Source: a virus
Length of the DNA: 64,000 nt
IMG/VR virus record: IMGVR_UViG_3300045988_072028
Coordinates: 32,001 to 96,000 of that record
Direction: 5' to 3' (one strand)
The position numbers and the translations under genes are program-made. This document shows positions 45,571 to 55,086 of this stretch, piece after piece. How positions within the stretch are numbered: the first letter of the stretch is position 1; each line of letters begins with the position of its first letter. Under the pieces are notes generated by a model. The model worked only from the letters and a program-made list of their open reading frames with translations. It had not been told where the DNA came from and made no database searches.

Positions 45571-46042
45571 ATTCCTTTCTCCTATCCACTTCCTTTAAAT
45601 TCAAACTATCAGGTGTCAATATCTTCTTTTCCAACAAATCAAAGAGAAGCATCGCCCTTGACTCCGCCTCTGTTTCCCCAAATCCGCTATACACTTCTGT
45701 TGGCGAATCGTAGGCATTGTAACGAACATAGGCGGTTTCGTAATATCTACTATCCCTATTCGGGAAATATTGTGTCAACTGCAACCATTCATCCCATATT
45801 TTTGATTTACTGACATTTATCATACTTGGTAGTATCTCTCCAAGTTCATGACTCATATAAGCCGGTATGAGGTCGCCTTCTTTTCTATATGAATACCTCA
45901 TTGTATTTTGCACGACTGAATCTATCTGGGTTTCCCCTCCTTTCATCTCTTTCACAAAATAAAATTCCGACTCCGAATTTACGCCCAACTCATGCAACTT
46001 TAGCGCAAGCTCATAAGGGCACATAAAATTTTGATATTTCAT
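45551..46042 (-). CDS. hypothetical protein
   Basis: Packed same-strand ORF. Confidence 0.55.
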   Translation of the reverse strand: MKYQNFMCPYELALKLHELGVNSESEFYFVKEMKGGETQIDSVVQNTMRYSYRKEGDLIPAYMSHELGEILPSMINVSKSKIWDEWLQLTQYFPNRDSRYYETAYVRYNAYDSPTEVYSGFGETEAESRAMLLFDLLEKKILTPDSLNLKEVDRRKEYENEFE

Positions 46043-46043
46043 G

Positions 46044-46376
46044 TTATTCTATATTTTCGTTTCTGTAATCCCCGGCATAGTCCAACCATACCCTGTAATC
46101 ATTTCTGTACTTGGTCGCTTTTATTTTCATATTCCGGTATATATCCTTATTCGCATTTTCGCCAAGTACTCTCCTTACCTCCTTCTGTAAGACCGCCCCG
46201 ATAAGAGGATAGACGTCCAAATAATTGCCTTCACACTTCTCGAAATTTATTACCTTGTTCCCTATTGCCCGCTCCAATGCCTTATCCATTGCCTTTATGA
46301 TGGATTCTTGCACATTTTTATATCGATTGATAAAATCCTGTCTTATAGATACCATATCTCCTTCTTTAATACTCAT
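46044..46376 (-). CDS. hypothetical protein
   Basis: Packed same-strand ORF. Confidence 0.55.
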   Translation of the reverse strand: MSIKEGDMVSIRQDFINRYKNVQESIIKAMDKALERAIGNKVINFEKCEGNYLDVYPLIGAVLQKEVRRVLGENANKDIYRNMKIKATKYRNDYRVWLDYAGDYRNENIE

Positions 46377-46399
46377 ATTTTCTTACATATTTATATGTT

Positions 46400-46520
46400 A
46401 TTTTATTACTCAACCAAGCCAACGGGCAAGGGCTGCGCCTTGTCTTCCCCGACCGCCTACCCATATACGCCGGCTCCACCGGTAACGCCACCCATGACAT
46501 CTTGGATGTCTCTCCCGTAA
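46400..46520. repeat. isolated GC-rich intergenic island
   Basis: A GC-rich stretch between 46044..46376 and 46568..47629. The only ORF across it (46366..46548) is Arg/Gly/Pro-biased and looks non-coding. Confidence 0.5.
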
Positions 46521-46567
46521 ATCTGATAGTGATTGCCATAGCTCTCAAATATTACTTGATAGCTGTT

Positions 46568-47629
46568 TTAATCCCATCCTAATTGTCTCGCAACACCTTC
46601 CATCTCGCTATACGCTATCCGGTGACATCCAGCAACCAATATATCATTCTTATAGCTATTGATCTTCCATTTGTGACCGGTTGTATCCAATACCATATCG
46701 TGTTGGAATTTACTGCCATTATGGAAGAACTTTATCAATTTCCAAAGTCTCTCAGCCTCAGCTCGTCCTATCTTGATATTCTTGCTAGTCTCAATTATGC
46801 CATTCTTGATGCGAAGCCATACGTTAGGCTGGTCATCCTCCAAATAATAATGTAGATATAATTCCAGAATCTTGCCAGACTTCCACATCTCGATCTGTTC
46901 TTCAAATTTTTTCTTGCGATCTTCTTTTTCTTTTCTTCTTTTTTCAAAAATTAAAGCCTCTTTTTTCGCCTGACTGTCTTCCCATCTCTGACATCTGGCC
47001 ACATACCCAGCCCACGTTCCTTCACCACAAATCTCATCTACTATCACATTGGTCGTCCCTAAAGTTTCTAACGCTTGATGATTTAGCAATACCTCAAACA
47101 CACGCTTTAACTCATGGACATATTCACTTTTAATCTTATCCGATTCATAAGATAACGCATGTTTAGTTCCAATCCAGTTGTTTGCGCTCTTTTTAAGAAG
47201 GCTCTCGGGAGTACCCATATTAAAGAACTCAATATAATCCATTAGACTTCTAAATACTCCCCAAACATCCCTATAAGACAGGCTTGTTCTAACCTTCTTG
47301 TATTTCTCGATAACCTCTTTGATAAGCTCCAATCGACTGGTGATAAAAGCCATGCTGCCATCATCAGACATATTATATCCAACAGAAAATACCTTTGAAC
47401 CAGTTGGTATTGCACTACGAACACAACGTTGATGTTTACAGGTAGAAGAAGAATAATACTCATCGTTAAGCAAATACGCCTTTTCACCACACTTATTTCT
47501 TACGATTCTTCCAACCTCAAAATGATAACCATAAGAATAAATACTTCTACCTTCAAAGAAAAGATTACTACCTTTTCCGGATTCTTTCTTTTCATTTGCC
47601 CATAAGTGAGCGACCATAGAGTTGTTCAT
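46568..47629 (-). CDS. hypothetical protein (353 aa)
   Basis: Long same-strand ORF. N-terminal VAHLWANE...G.SIYSYGYHF pattern of unknown function. Confidence 0.6.
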   Translation of the reverse strand: MNNSMVAHLWANEKKESGKGSNLFFEGRSIYSYGYHFEVGRIVRNKCGEKAYLLNDEYYSSSTCKHQRCVRSAIPTGSKVFSVGYNMSDDGSMAFITSRLELIKEVIEKYKKVRTSLSYRDVWGVFRSLMDYIEFFNMGTPESLLKKSANNWIGTKHALSYESDKIKSEYVHELKRVFEVLLNHQALETLGTTNVIVDEICGEGTWAGYVARCQRWEDSQAKKEALIFEKRRKEKEDRKKKFEEQIEMWKSGKILELYLHYYLEDDQPNVWLRIKNGIIETSKNIKIGRAEAERLWKLIKFFHNGSKFQHDMVLDTTGHKWKINSYKNDILVAGCHRIAYSEMEGVARQLGWD

Positions 47630-47652
47630 ATCTATTAAGTTTTGAGTGTTAA

Positions 47653-47889
47653 TTATTGATTATACTTGCTAAAAATAACATCGACACAAGTTCCGCCAAT
47701 AGCGTTTGCGTCATTATACGAATAAAAACCTTCTGTTCCCCAATCCACACCAACTGGACAACCATCTGCATGTTTTACAAAGTCATCAACTTCTTGCGCT
47801 TCCTCGTTAGATATTCCAGTGTAGTCACCATTAATCAAAGCCCCAATCCAATAAATCGGAAGCCTATATCTTATTATCTCTATATTCAT
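47653..47889 (-). CDS. hypothetical protein
   Basis: Packed same-strand ORF. Confidence 0.5.
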   Translation of the reverse strand: MNIEIIRYRLPIYWIGALINGDYTGISNEEAQEVDDFVKHADGCPVGVDWGTEGFYSYNDANAIGGTCVDVIFSKYNQ

Positions 47890-47918
47890 AACTTTATCAA
47901 TTTACAATTACTACCTTT

Positions 47919-48626
47919 TCATTCTATTTTATTCAATGGACCGGCATGCGCTTCCCCATTCTCATAATAAAGCTGACCCTCATACTGGTTATGATGAAGC
48001 TCCTCACGTATCGCATCTTCATCGTCAGCCCAATGTTCATATTCCTCATGCCATGACTTGAAGAAGTTATCATAACATTGTCTCATCAGATCCTCTAAAG
48101 AAAAACCCTCCGGATAAGTACACCATGCATTGTAATAATCAATTATAGGTTTCAGGAGATATAAATCATAACACATCCCTGTCAATGGGAAATTATCTCC
48201 ATAGTCAAACATCACCCTACTATACTTGTGCCTGTATTTGTATTTCCCATCAATATATTTACCTGACGTGGAGAAATACTTGCCCTTGATAATATATGGC
48301 ATAATATTGTTGTTGATATACCTGAACAGTAATTTGCCACATAAGTTATTAGGATATATATCCTTATCATAATCAGTTGGATGACAGTATATAGGATCAT
48401 TGTACTTGAATTTGAATCTAAAATCATACCTCGTATATCCAACTTCCCAGCCATAAGCCTCAGTATTTGTCAGATCCCCAAAAGACTTCATGGTGCTTAT
48501 ATAATCAGCACCATAAGCTTCCATGCAACAATCCATTATATTCCAGCGCTCACGCTCTATGATCCTTTCTTGTGAATCTTTTGACAGCTCATCAAACTCA
48601 TACAGTTTTAATACAATCTCTTTCAT
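47919..48626 (-). CDS. hypothetical protein
   Basis: 235-aa aromatic-rich ORF. Confidence 0.55.
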   Translation of the reverse strand: MKEIVLKLYEFDELSKDSQERIIERERWNIMDCCMEAYGADYISTMKSFGDLTNTEAYGWEVGYTRYDFRFKFKYNDPIYCHPTDYDKDIYPNNLCGKLLFRYINNNIMPYIIKGKYFSTSGKYIDGKYKYRHKYSRVMFDYGDNFPLTGMCYDLYLLKPIIDYYNAWCTYPEGFSLEDLMRQCYDNFFKSWHEEYEHWADDEDAIREELHHNQYEGQLYYENGEAHAGPLNKIE

Positions 48627-48753
48627 AATCCCTCCTCTTTTAATATAACTAGATCCCTAACGTCAATCGAATGACATACGTACCTCCTTATGTTCACGTT
48701 TAGAGATATGATTGTGGCTATTCTCACGAACCACCACAATCCAGATTCAGATA

Positions 48754-49491
48754 TTACTCATCCTTTATCTTTACGAATGGGTTTTCTACATAAAACTCCA
48801 CTACATCCTTAGATTTTATAGATGTCACTATACCGGTGGTATCCACAAATCCATCTGTCTCATCCATTGTCAAATCTTCTATTTTATCTCCCGGCAGAAA
48901 ACAAAGATTATAGTCTTGATCAATATACATAATCATCTTTAACCTAACCATGTCATCAATGACGCCTTTCATTCTCTCCACAACATCTAATTGATCATCA
49001 GTAAGCATTAATTTACTTTTTGAAGATTTTACTAATCTCATGTCTTCATTCTTGTCAACTACAGTCAAGTCATTGAATTTATACACATCTTCACATGTTC
49101 TGTAATATGTTTCCTTACAATAAATTTTTCCTTTATTATCTATTTCAACATCAAAACATTCCAACTTACACTTGACAGCTCTTCCGTTTTTGTATTTCCA
49201 CACATCACCTATTGGAGCGAATCCGTATAATGACTTAAAAACATCATATATTGATAGTTTTGTCTTAGGGATGCTCTTATCCTTTTTAAAACATTCTTCG
49301 GACGAATAAAATAATTTCCCATCTAATGTCTTCTCAGCCCTACATCCTCCCCATGTTCCTACATATCTAACTACTCCATATGTAAAACTGATCAAGATTT
49401 TATCAATTTCAAACCACTTTAATTTTCCTGACATATCGTCAAAAAGATATCCACTCTCTAGATAAACCGATAAATGCTCTCTTATTTCCAT
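48754..49491 (-). CDS. hypothetical protein
   Basis: 245-aa same-strand ORF. Confidence 0.55.
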   Translation of the reverse strand: MEIREHLSVYLESGYLFDDMSGKLKWFEIDKILISFTYGVVRYVGTWGGCRAEKTLDGKLFYSSEECFKKDKSIPKTKLSIYDVFKSLYGFAPIGDVWKYKNGRAVKCKLECFDVEIDNKGKIYCKETYYRTCEDVYKFNDLTVVDKNEDMRLVKSSKSKLMLTDDQLDVVERMKGVIDDMVRLKMIMYIDQDYNLCFLPGDKIEDLTMDETDGFVDTTGIVTSIKSKDVVEFYVENPFVKIKDE

Positions 49492-49582
49492 AACAATTTA
49501 TTTTTTAATTAAACAACATCATTTGCCTTGATCGCTATCAGTCTCAATACTCCTCTAAGTATCATGGTTTTCATGATACAAC

Positions 49583-49978
49583 TCATAATATTACATTGAA
49601 CTTCTCATTTAAACTATCTAAAGCTCTTTGATACTCCTCTTCCTTGTCGAACTTAATTTGAGTACTGTTCTCCAAACCAAAGGACAGGGTGAAGGATATA
49701 ACCCAGCCCGATCCGTCCACGGCCTGCCCCTTGGGCCCCCACGACATCACCTGCTTCTTGGATATATACCAATTTCCTATCTGCACGAAGTCAGGATAGT
49801 TGTTAGTCAAATACCTTATCTGGATATTCAAACAATCGAAATTATCAAAAGAAATTATGTGATATTTGCTCCTTATCCGTATCTTCAGAAACGGATTGTT
49901 CCCGTAATATGCGGCGAATGCCGACACCACGGAGATAGGATATCTAACCCCTTTTATTATCACCCATTTCATATACAA
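49583..49978 (-). CDS. hypothetical protein
   Basis: Same-strand ORF. Confidence 0.5.
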   Translation of the reverse strand: MYMKWVIIKGVRYPISVVSAFAAYYGNNPFLKIRIRSKYHIISFDNFDCLNIQIRYLTNNYPDFVQIGNWYISKKQVMSWGPKGQAVDGSGWVISFTLSFGLENSTQIKFDKEEEYQRALDSLNEKFNVIL

Positions 49979-49985
49979 TACCTCC

Positions 49986-50273
49986 TTATATTAAACTATT
50001 TAATATAAATTCATCTTCCTCCGTTCTCTCATTCATAGGCTTATTTTGTACCGTTTTGACAAGATCAAGCACCTCATCCCAAGTCCTTTCTGATAGCGTC
50101 CCATTATTTATGCCACAACACCTACATCCACTAGAAAATACCGGTATCATACTTCCATCACACATCCTAACGAATTTATATCCTACATATTCATTGCATA
50201 AGAAACATCTTCTTACTGGGATAAACCTTATTCTACCTCTATTAATGATACTTATTAATACCTCACGATTCAT
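49986..50273 (-). CDS. zinc-finger hypothetical protein
   Basis: CFLC...CRCCG. Confidence 0.5.
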   Translation of the reverse strand: MNREVLISIINRGRIRFIPVRRCFLCNEYVGYKFVRMCDGSMIPVFSSGCRCCGINNGTLSERTWDEVLDLVKTVQNKPMNERTEEDEFILNSLI

Positions 50274-50274
50274 A

Positions 50275-50700
50275 TTATTCCCTTAATTTACGTTTAACCT
50301 CCTTAATATATTTAGGGGAATGTAATCCCCTATGCAATCTTATAGCCCGATCTATATCCTTTTTAGGATTATGATGAGATTGATATATCTCGAACATTTC
50401 CCTAGCCTTGACAGGATTCGTTCGATCATCGTATCTATACCGCTTTTTCTGCCGTTTGAGGCGTAATATCCTATTAATCTCATCAACGTATACCCTTTTC
50501 ATTTGCCATCTTCCTAAAGCCCCGGATGAGGCGTTATACGCTCGATCGTCATTCCTTGACTCCACGAAAGACAGGGCGGCCGCCAGCTTATCCCATACCC
50601 GTGCCTCGATCACGGCCGGCTTCGGGGCGAGGGGCATGCCACCGCTCCCTTTTGGCGGTGTCAGTATCACCATAGCCATCATAAGCAAGTATCTTGTCAT
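50275..50700 (-). CDS. lytic transglycosylase (SLT-like) with N-terminal signal/anchor
   Basis: Hydrophobic N-terminus YLLMMAMVIL. LSFVESRNDDRAYNASSGALGRWQM matches the ES...A.S..GA.G.MQ catalytic region of SLT domains. Confidence 0.6.
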   Translation of the reverse strand: MTRYLLMMAMVILTPPKGSGGMPLAPKPAVIEARVWDKLAAALSFVESRNDDRAYNASSGALGRWQMKRVYVDEINRILRLKRQKKRYRYDDRTNPVKAREMFEIYQSHHNPKKDIDRAIRLHRGLHSPKYIKEVKRKLRE

Positions 50701-50935
50701 ATCTTATCCATATCAAAATTATTATTCACGATCTTATCACCTATGTTAATTTCCCCCATATCCAAGATATTTATATTATTTATTATACTCCTTACCCAAA
50801 AAGAGGATATAATAGCAGAATATTATGATATTAAGACATAAACCTGTCTATTACCATACTGCCATATTTATCCTCCGTCCAATACCATTCGTATCAGTAC
50901 ACAACTTTTATTATTATGGTCATAAATACACTCAA

Positions 50936-51178
50936 TCATCCCTTTTTCAAGCCGCTATCGCCATTAAGATTATCAGCTATATCCAATATCTTCGAAATAA
51001 GAGCCTTTTTAGGTTTATATTCGTCGTTTATGCTTATAACCGAGTAGTTGTATACCACGCCTTCTTTCGAGACCTCCACGCCTACGTATTTAGGCGCAAC
51101 GGCATCCCTATGTAATACGATAAACGGGTTTTTACCGTCCAGATCATTTATCAACTGGTTAAACTGCCGTCTCGTCAT
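50936..51178 (-). CDS. hypothetical protein
   Basis: Same-strand ORF. Confidence 0.45.
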   Translation of the reverse strand: MTRRQFNQLINDLDGKNPFIVLHRDAVAPKYVGVEVSKEGVVYNYSVISINDEYKPKKALISKILDIADNLNGDSGLKKG

Positions 51179-51659
51179 CTGATAGTGATATTATTTCCAT
51201 GTTATAAATGCGATCTCTCTTTACCCTTATCTTCTCGCATAGCTCATCGAAGCACCCATCTTCTTCTAGCTTATCAACATAATATGATACACTTGATTTA
51301 GAGCTTCCTTGAAGATATACATTTCCTCTTATATTCCTTGAGAAAAAATTAGGTAAGACCATCTTTTGTCTCTTATCCTTATTATCCATATAAGATATGA
51401 CAACAACCCATAATTCTGGTTCCCGTTCTTTTACCGATAACATAAGATCGAGACCCGATTGACCATTGATATTCCTCCTGCCAGTTTCGTTATAACGAAG
51501 AATAATATAATCATCCGCTTTATCATCCTCAATCATCACGACCATAGGACTATTACCCTTCCCATTATCACATAATACTCTTGCCTCTTTTCCGTTACGT
51601 AGATATACCTTATCGTAATCTCCATTTTTGTATATCTCGAAATCAAACTCTATTACCAT
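51159..51659 (-). CDS. hypothetical protein
   Basis: Same-strand ORF. Confidence 0.55.
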   Translation of the reverse strand: MVIEFDFEIYKNGDYDKVYLRNGKEARVLCDNGKGNSPMVVMIEDDKADDYIILRYNETGRRNINGQSGLDLMLSVKEREPELWVVVISYMDNKDKRQKMVLPNFFSRNIRGNVYLQGSSKSSVSYYVDKLEEDGCFDELCEKIRVKRDRIYNMEIISLSDDETAV

Positions 51660-51660
51660 T

Positions 51661-51885
51661 TTATTTCCTCCTATTGATATATTGTTGCGTACGTCCTTCC
51701 TCTATCTTTTCGAAATAGAACTTATTCCCGTATAACCTTGTAAAACAGATGTTATACCCGAAATGCTCCGCACGTCTGATTTGCGCATAACCTCTACTGA
51801 TGTCCTTATCATCAATCAGCGTAACAAAACAATGTGATCCTACTTCTGTATTCAAAACCAGATTTTCCCAATCTTTTACTTCCAT
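51661..51885 (-). CDS. hypothetical protein
   Basis: ATG at 51885 (MEVKDWENL) lies 1 nt after the stop of the upstream gene. The track start at 51972 would overlap it by 86 nt. Confidence 0.5.
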   Translation of the reverse strand: MEVKDWENLVLNTEVGSHCFVTLIDDKDISRGYAQIRRAEHFGYNICFTRLYGNKFYFEKIEEGRTQQYINRRK

Positions 51886-51886
51886 A

Positions 51887-52339
51887 TCAAATTTCCTTAA
51901 ATATTTTTTTGTTATAATTATCGCTATTGTACCATCTATCAATATCCTTATATTGTTCTGGATAAACCCCATAAGACTTGCACCACCTAGGTAATGGCTC
52001 GTTTAGCACGTCCAGTGCCGTCGCAAGGTCGAACGTAGCTTCCTCCTTGATACCACATCCCGATCCACTTCCACGGCTCGGTATATAGGCTCTACTATAT
52101 GCTACACTCATTCCATATTCTCCATGACTCAGATACCCGATGTTGGGTGAATCAGGGAAGGCGTAATACAACATTATATAATCACCCTTACTCCAACCTC
52201 TATTATAAGTATCATCCTGCCATGCGAAAACCCTGCAACCGGCTTCTTTTAATTCCGCTGCCGCTCTTTTTAAAATATTATCTTCCATACTACTTACATT
52301 TAAGTTATGCCAAGGTGCCGGGAACTGACCCCGGATCAT
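51887..52339 (-). CDS. hypothetical protein
   Basis: Same-strand ORF. Confidence 0.55.
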   Translation of the reverse strand: MIRGQFPAPWHNLNVSSMEDNILKRAAAELKEAGCRVFAWQDDTYNRGWSKGDYIMLYYAFPDSPNIGYLSHGEYGMSVAYSRAYIPSRGSGSGCGIKEEATFDLATALDVLNEPLPRWCKSYGVYPEQYKDIDRWYNSDNYNKKIFKEI

Positions 52340-52406
52340 ATCCGCACACGTACGATTATGATATATCCTTCCACCCCGCCAAGGTCATGGTCACAATATT
52401 AACAAA

Positions 52407-52763
52407 CTAAAATCTAATGTTCATATCATTACACATCTTAAAGAAGACCTCCCTTATGATCTTTTTATACAAGATGTATATCTCATCATCATCATCATCG
52501 AACTCCACTTCCCATGAACGTAATAAATACCTGATATCGCAATCCGCTATATGAATCCTGAATATAGACGGAACGCTCATTATGTAGTCCTCGAAAGCTT
52601 TCTTAATCCCATCCCTTTTGATATGTTCTTTATACTCATCCTTAAACACGTTAAGCATAAAAGCCAGATACTCCCTATCATATCTAAACTGCTTTTTGTA
52701 ATTATCAGTATCTATATGATCTAGTATATATATTTCTATAGCGTCCCTGTCGTATTTTGACAT
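52407..52763 (-). CDS. hypothetical protein
   Basis: Same-strand ORF. Confidence 0.55.
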   Translation of the reverse strand: MSKYDRDAIEIYILDHIDTDNYKKQFRYDREYLAFMLNVFKDEYKEHIKRDGIKKAFEDYIMSVPSIFRIHIADCDIRYLLRSWEVEFDDDDDEIYILYKKIIREVFFKMCNDMNIRF

Positions 52764-53023
52764 ACCTCTTCCTCCTGTTTTTGATATTTAATAACCCTTT
52801 TCTCCCCATACGCCTTCGCTAACTGAATAAGCTGGCCGGTAAACACCTTGGTACGGTGTCTTACAATCTTATCCACCAACTCCGGGCATCTGGTTCTCCA
52901 TCTATAATTAACCTCACCCTTAGCTTTCTTCTTGTAATATCTGTAAAATGTTACGGCCACTACCACTTCTCCATCTTGTTCAAAAGCCACTAAATCGTAA
53001 TTGTTGTAAACTATTTCGTTCAT
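52736..53023 (-). CDS. hypothetical protein
   Basis: Same-strand ORF. Confidence 0.5.
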   Translation of the reverse strand: MNEIVYNNYDLVAFEQDGEVVVAVTFYRYYKKKAKGEVNYRWRTRCPELVDKIVRHRTKVFTGQLIQLAKAYGEKRVIKYQKQEEEVCQNTTGTL

Positions 53024-53331
53024 GTCGTTATTATTTTTATGTACTTAATCACCTCTTCTGGTAAGGATGCTAGATCCTTAACTCTTTTACCGAAATCGTA
53101 TGAATGTCTCCTATATGGATAATAATCACCAACATATGTTCCTATTCCTTGTGGATGAAATGGATTTTCGCTGCATGCAAACACAGGATAATATACCAAC
53201 CCACTACTATCTTTACCCTTATCACTTACACATATTATCGTGTATCTATCTATCTCCCCATCGCCAATATCATACACCCTTACTTTTACCTTCACGCCAT
53301 TGGCGTTTGTTATAACATTATTCATACGCAC
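53020..53331 (-). CDS. hypothetical protein
   Basis: ATGA overlap with the downstream ORF. Confidence 0.5.
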   Translation of the reverse strand: MRMNNVITNANGVKVKVRVYDIGDGEIDRYTIICVSDKGKDSSGLVYYPVFACSENPFHPQGIGTYVGDYYPYRRHSYDFGKRVKDLASLPEEVIKYIKIITT

Positions 53332-53354
53332 CTCCTTTGTTGTTCACGATCAAA

Positions 53355-53585
53355 CTAATCTATCTCCCTACCATATATAGTATACGATCCACACCAGCCA
53401 CGATTCTCATTCGAGACCCTAATATGATCTACAGGCTTATCTCCTGCCATACAATTAGCGTAAGATAATACCTCCGACATGTTTCTGAACCCGGAATCCG
53501 CCGCCGATTTTATAAGTTTCCGATCGCACCCGAATACCCATACCTTCATAATATCCCTTTCCTTTACAGTTCTTCTTATACGCAT
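53355..53585 (-). CDS. hypothetical protein
   Basis: Same-strand ORF. Confidence 0.5.
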   Translation of the reverse strand: MRIRRTVKERDIMKVWVFGCDRKLIKSAADSGFRNMSEVLSYANCMAGDKPVDHIRVSNENRGWCGSYTIYGREID

Positions 53586-54046
53586 AATCTTGCCATAAAA
53601 TAAATAAACATAAAATCTATTCTCTCTTTGTTATCATCCATCCTATGCCCGGTGATCTCAAAAACAACCCTACGCTTTTCTATAGTCTGTATATTATCTA
53701 ACTGAATAGCTATGTAAGGATATTTCATAACTTTCTCTCTATTGATGTTATACAAAATAGCGTTGACATCTTGCCTGCGAAAATACATATTTACCCCTAT
53801 ATAGCTGGCAACCAAAAGACATTCGTCTATTACCCCATCAGTATCGAATAGCAATAACATATCATCCTTCTCGATAGTATATTCCATATCAAGGATCTTG
53901 ATACGTTTGCTTCCGTCCTTCTTATCTGATATAAGAACCTCTATCATATCCTTATCAGTCGTAAGGATATAATACGCCTCGTCCTTTGTAATATTATTAC
54001 GAAGATAAGACAGTATCTCATCTTGTAATTTTATAATCTCGTCCAT
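53576..54046 (-). CDS. hypothetical protein
   Basis: First ORF downstream of GC-rich element A. Confidence 0.55.
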   Translation of the reverse strand: MDEIIKLQDEILSYLRNNITKDEAYYILTTDKDMIEVLISDKKDGSKRIKILDMEYTIEKDDMLLLFDTDGVIDECLLVASYIGVNMYFRRQDVNAILYNINREKVMKYPYIAIQLDNIQTIEKRRVVFEITGHRMDDNKERIDFMFIYFMARLCV

Positions 54047-54071
54047 GTTATTAGTATTTTATATTACCACG

Positions 54072-54140
54072 CCAAAGGAAAGAACGGCAGCCGACACCCG
54101 CAGCCTACCACGCCGTGACACCGCCGCCCGTTCCCCTTGG
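54072..54140 (-). repeat. GC-rich intergenic element A
   Basis: Minus sense reads CCAAGGGGAACGGGCGGCGG...GGCGTGG...GCTGCCGTTCTTTCCTTTGG. The termini are mutually complementary. Confidence 0.7.
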
Positions 54141-54142
54141 TA

Positions 54143-54472
54143 TTATTCTGGCACCTCTAATTTCCCGTAATAAGGATAAAAACAACCGTCTCGATAAACC
54201 GAATATCTGAGCGTTTTATCCTTTGCTTCATAGATGGAAACACAACCGCTGTTATAAGCGTTGGATAGTTCTTTTGCTACAAATCCGCCTATTCGCTTAT
54301 AGGTTTTAGGCGTATCCCTCAACGGCCTGCCTACATATATTTTTACTCTCTTGCACTTCTTGTCGCCTACGTATATATCCTTTCCACTAAGCTCCATTAA
54401 ATACATGAATCTCATATCAACCGATTTTAAATCCAACATTCCTCTATCTCTATCTCCATATGATCCGCCCAA
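54143..54472 (-). CDS. hypothetical protein
   Basis: Its stop lies 3 nt from GC-rich element A. Confidence 0.5.
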   Translation of the reverse strand: MGGSYGDRDRGMLDLKSVDMRFMYLMELSGKDIYVGDKKCKRVKIYVGRPLRDTPKTYKRIGGFVAKELSNAYNSGCVSIYEAKDKTLRYSVYRDGCFYPYYGKLEVPE

Positions 54473-54669
54473 TCACATCTATCAACGTCCTCACCATCCT
54501 CGAAGTAATAGTAAGCCCATACATGGACGCCTCCTACCTCTATACACCCATCACTTTTCCATTCTACCAACCCGTCTTGCCTTACCGCGTTGGTAGGCTC
54601 AGCCCCCAGCGACAGCAACTCATTTACTATACTACCGCCAAATACGTTTCTCGCTTCTTCTCTTGTCAT
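54427..54669 (-). CDS. hypothetical acidic protein
   Basis: First ORF downstream of GC-rich element B. Confidence 0.5.
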   Translation of the reverse strand: MTREEARNVFGGSIVNELLSLGAEPTNAVRQDGLVEWKSDGCIEVGGVHVWAYYYFEDGEDVDRCDWADHMEIEIEECWI

Positions 54670-54710
54670 ATCAATATCAGATTTTAATATTATACTACCG
54701 CCAAAGGAGG

Positions 54711-54770
54711 ACAGAGACGGACGACCAGCGGGGCCAACCCCACGCCATCGCCGCCCCCGTTTTCCCTTGG
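54711..54770 (-). repeat. GC-rich intergenic element B
   Basis: Minus sense reads CCAAGGGAAAACGGGGGCGGCGATGGCGTGGGG...CCTCCTTTGG. It shares the 5' block with elements A and C. Confidence 0.7.
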
Positions 54771-54903
54771 TTTCCTCCGCATCACCCTATACTAATAAAC
54801 AATATCCACCACCAATAACACCATACCCACCATCACTCACAACTACCTTGCCTTGACGGGGAACTCCTACCACTTGCAAACTTTTACATTTGATTGGAAG
54901 ATA

Positions 54904-55003
54904 CCCCTTGCTTGAAAGGCGTTTTCCTTGCTCGAAAGGTGTTTCCCTTGTTTGTTGGTGTTTTTTCTTGTTTGGAAAGGTTTTTCCTTGTTTGGAGGTG
55001 TCC
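54904..55003. repeat. five tandem 20-bp direct repeats (iteron-like)
   Basis: Units are CCCCTTGCTTGAAAGGCGTT, TTCCTTGCTCGAAAGGTGTT, TCCCTTGTTTGTTGGTGTTT, TTTCTTGTTTGGAAAGGTTT and TTCCTTGTTTGGAGGTGTCC. The CTTG core recurs at exactly 20-bp spacing. Confidence 0.85.
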
Positions 55004-55066
55004 CATCACGCAAATCCCAAATCTCCCTCGAAATTCCCACGAAAACCCAAGGCCTTCCGATACTTT

Positions 55067-55080
55067 GTTCCACGTGGAAC
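55067..55080. repeat. perfect 14-bp palindrome GTTCCACGTGGAAC
   Basis: Read directly. An 8-bp palindrome AAGGCCTT lies at 55049-55056. Confidence 0.8.
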
Positions 55081-55086
55081 GTTGAT

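Noticed and set aside
46366-46548. 60-aa minus-strand ORF in the 46.4 kb GC-rich island.
   Set aside because: The composition (Arg/Gly/Pro/Trp) follows the GC-rich patch. It has no coupling to its neighbours.
54904-55003. CRISPR array.
   Set aside because: The 20-bp units are directly adjacent with no unique spacers, are degenerate, and no cas genes are present.
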